A DNA stretch of 25,345 nucleotides from an uncultured virus (IMG/VR IMGVR_UViG_3300014204_000149) (Duplodnaviria; Heunggongvirae; Uroviricota; Caudoviricetes), in the IMG/VR virus record IMGVR_UViG_3300014204_000149, positions 62,001 through 87,345 of that record; one strand, given 5' to 3'. The number at the start of each line of letters is the position of its first letter. The stretch's first letter is position 1. The notes beneath the pieces were generated by a model. That model was given only the letters and a program-made list of their open reading frames with translations. It did no database searches and was not told where the DNA came from. This document shows positions 25,245-25,345 of this stretch, piece after piece. The translations under genes were made by a program, and so were the position numbers.

Positions 25245-25345
25245 GCATTTGTTCCAGCCGAAGTGCGACCTGCACCACCACCACCTGAACCACCGTCAGC
25301 CCCCGCACCACCATTTAAAACCTTACCTGCACCACCACCTATTGC
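24713..25345 (-). CDS. Gly-rich tail protein, 5' end beyond the window
   Basis: Frame is open from 25345 (AIGGGAGKVLNGG...GGDADYISPRQGYDGG...GGSGIVVIRYLTSSQAS...LTKTF*); the tracked TTG start at 25069 is an edge artefact. Confidence 0.85.
   Translation of the reverse strand, partial: AIGGGAGKVLNGGAGADGGSGGGGAGRTSAGTNAGGDADYISPRQGYDGGSGTYSGSNAFPTGGGGGASEVGDNGVAGQSGNGGDGVAYDIVLEGTNVYYGGGGGGGGYAPASTVAGAGGLGGGGNGNATSGGAGVSGLANTGGGGGGGAGGNGAGGGGGSGIVVIRYLTSSQASISVASESTTKSQGSYSIKCTALQTVSLNQRLTKTF

Noticed and set aside
24713..25314. Stop-codon recoding or pseudogene suggested by tracked ORFs 24713-25069 and 25084-25314
   Set aside because: The Gly-rich frame is open to the window edge; the 76-aa ORF is an off-frame shadow. 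TAA, TAG and TGA all end well-defined genes, so the standard code applies.
1..25345. CRISPR array, integrase, transposase, intron or intein
   Set aside because: No regularly spaced repeats or characteristic motifs seen; terL and the helicase are uninterrupted.

Overview
AT-rich (roughly one-third GC by eye), gene-dense segment of a large tailed dsDNA bacteriophage genome read in the standard code. The + strand (151-~18020) carries a packaging trio (small terminase, large terminase, portal). No head genes follow; instead come two tandem tRNA-like RNAs, a fused primase-helicase, a cupin and a heptose-7-phosphate kinase (HldE/RfaE domain I), a PD-(D/E)XK nuclease, a BT1-type MFS transporter, a third tRNA-like RNA with its own sigma70 promoter, a metallophosphoesterase and many small Zn-ribbon or membrane ORFs. 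The - strand (18399-end) is a converging virion/tail operon ending at an intrinsic terminator. It contains a tail hub-like protein and two glycine-rich tail proteins, one with a discoidin domain. The main leads are: (1) three tRNA-shaped RNAs with tRNA-like acceptor and D arms but non-canonical anticodon arms, two with compensated elbow contacts, possibly tRNA mimics or decoys; (2) an apparently single beta-sandwich domain split across two tail ORFs at a TAATG junction, with an in-phase T-TTA-AAC slippery heptamer, and further interrupted by a duplicated Gly-rich cassette; (3) no GATC found in the window by manual scan. All family assignments come from motif recognition, with no database search.
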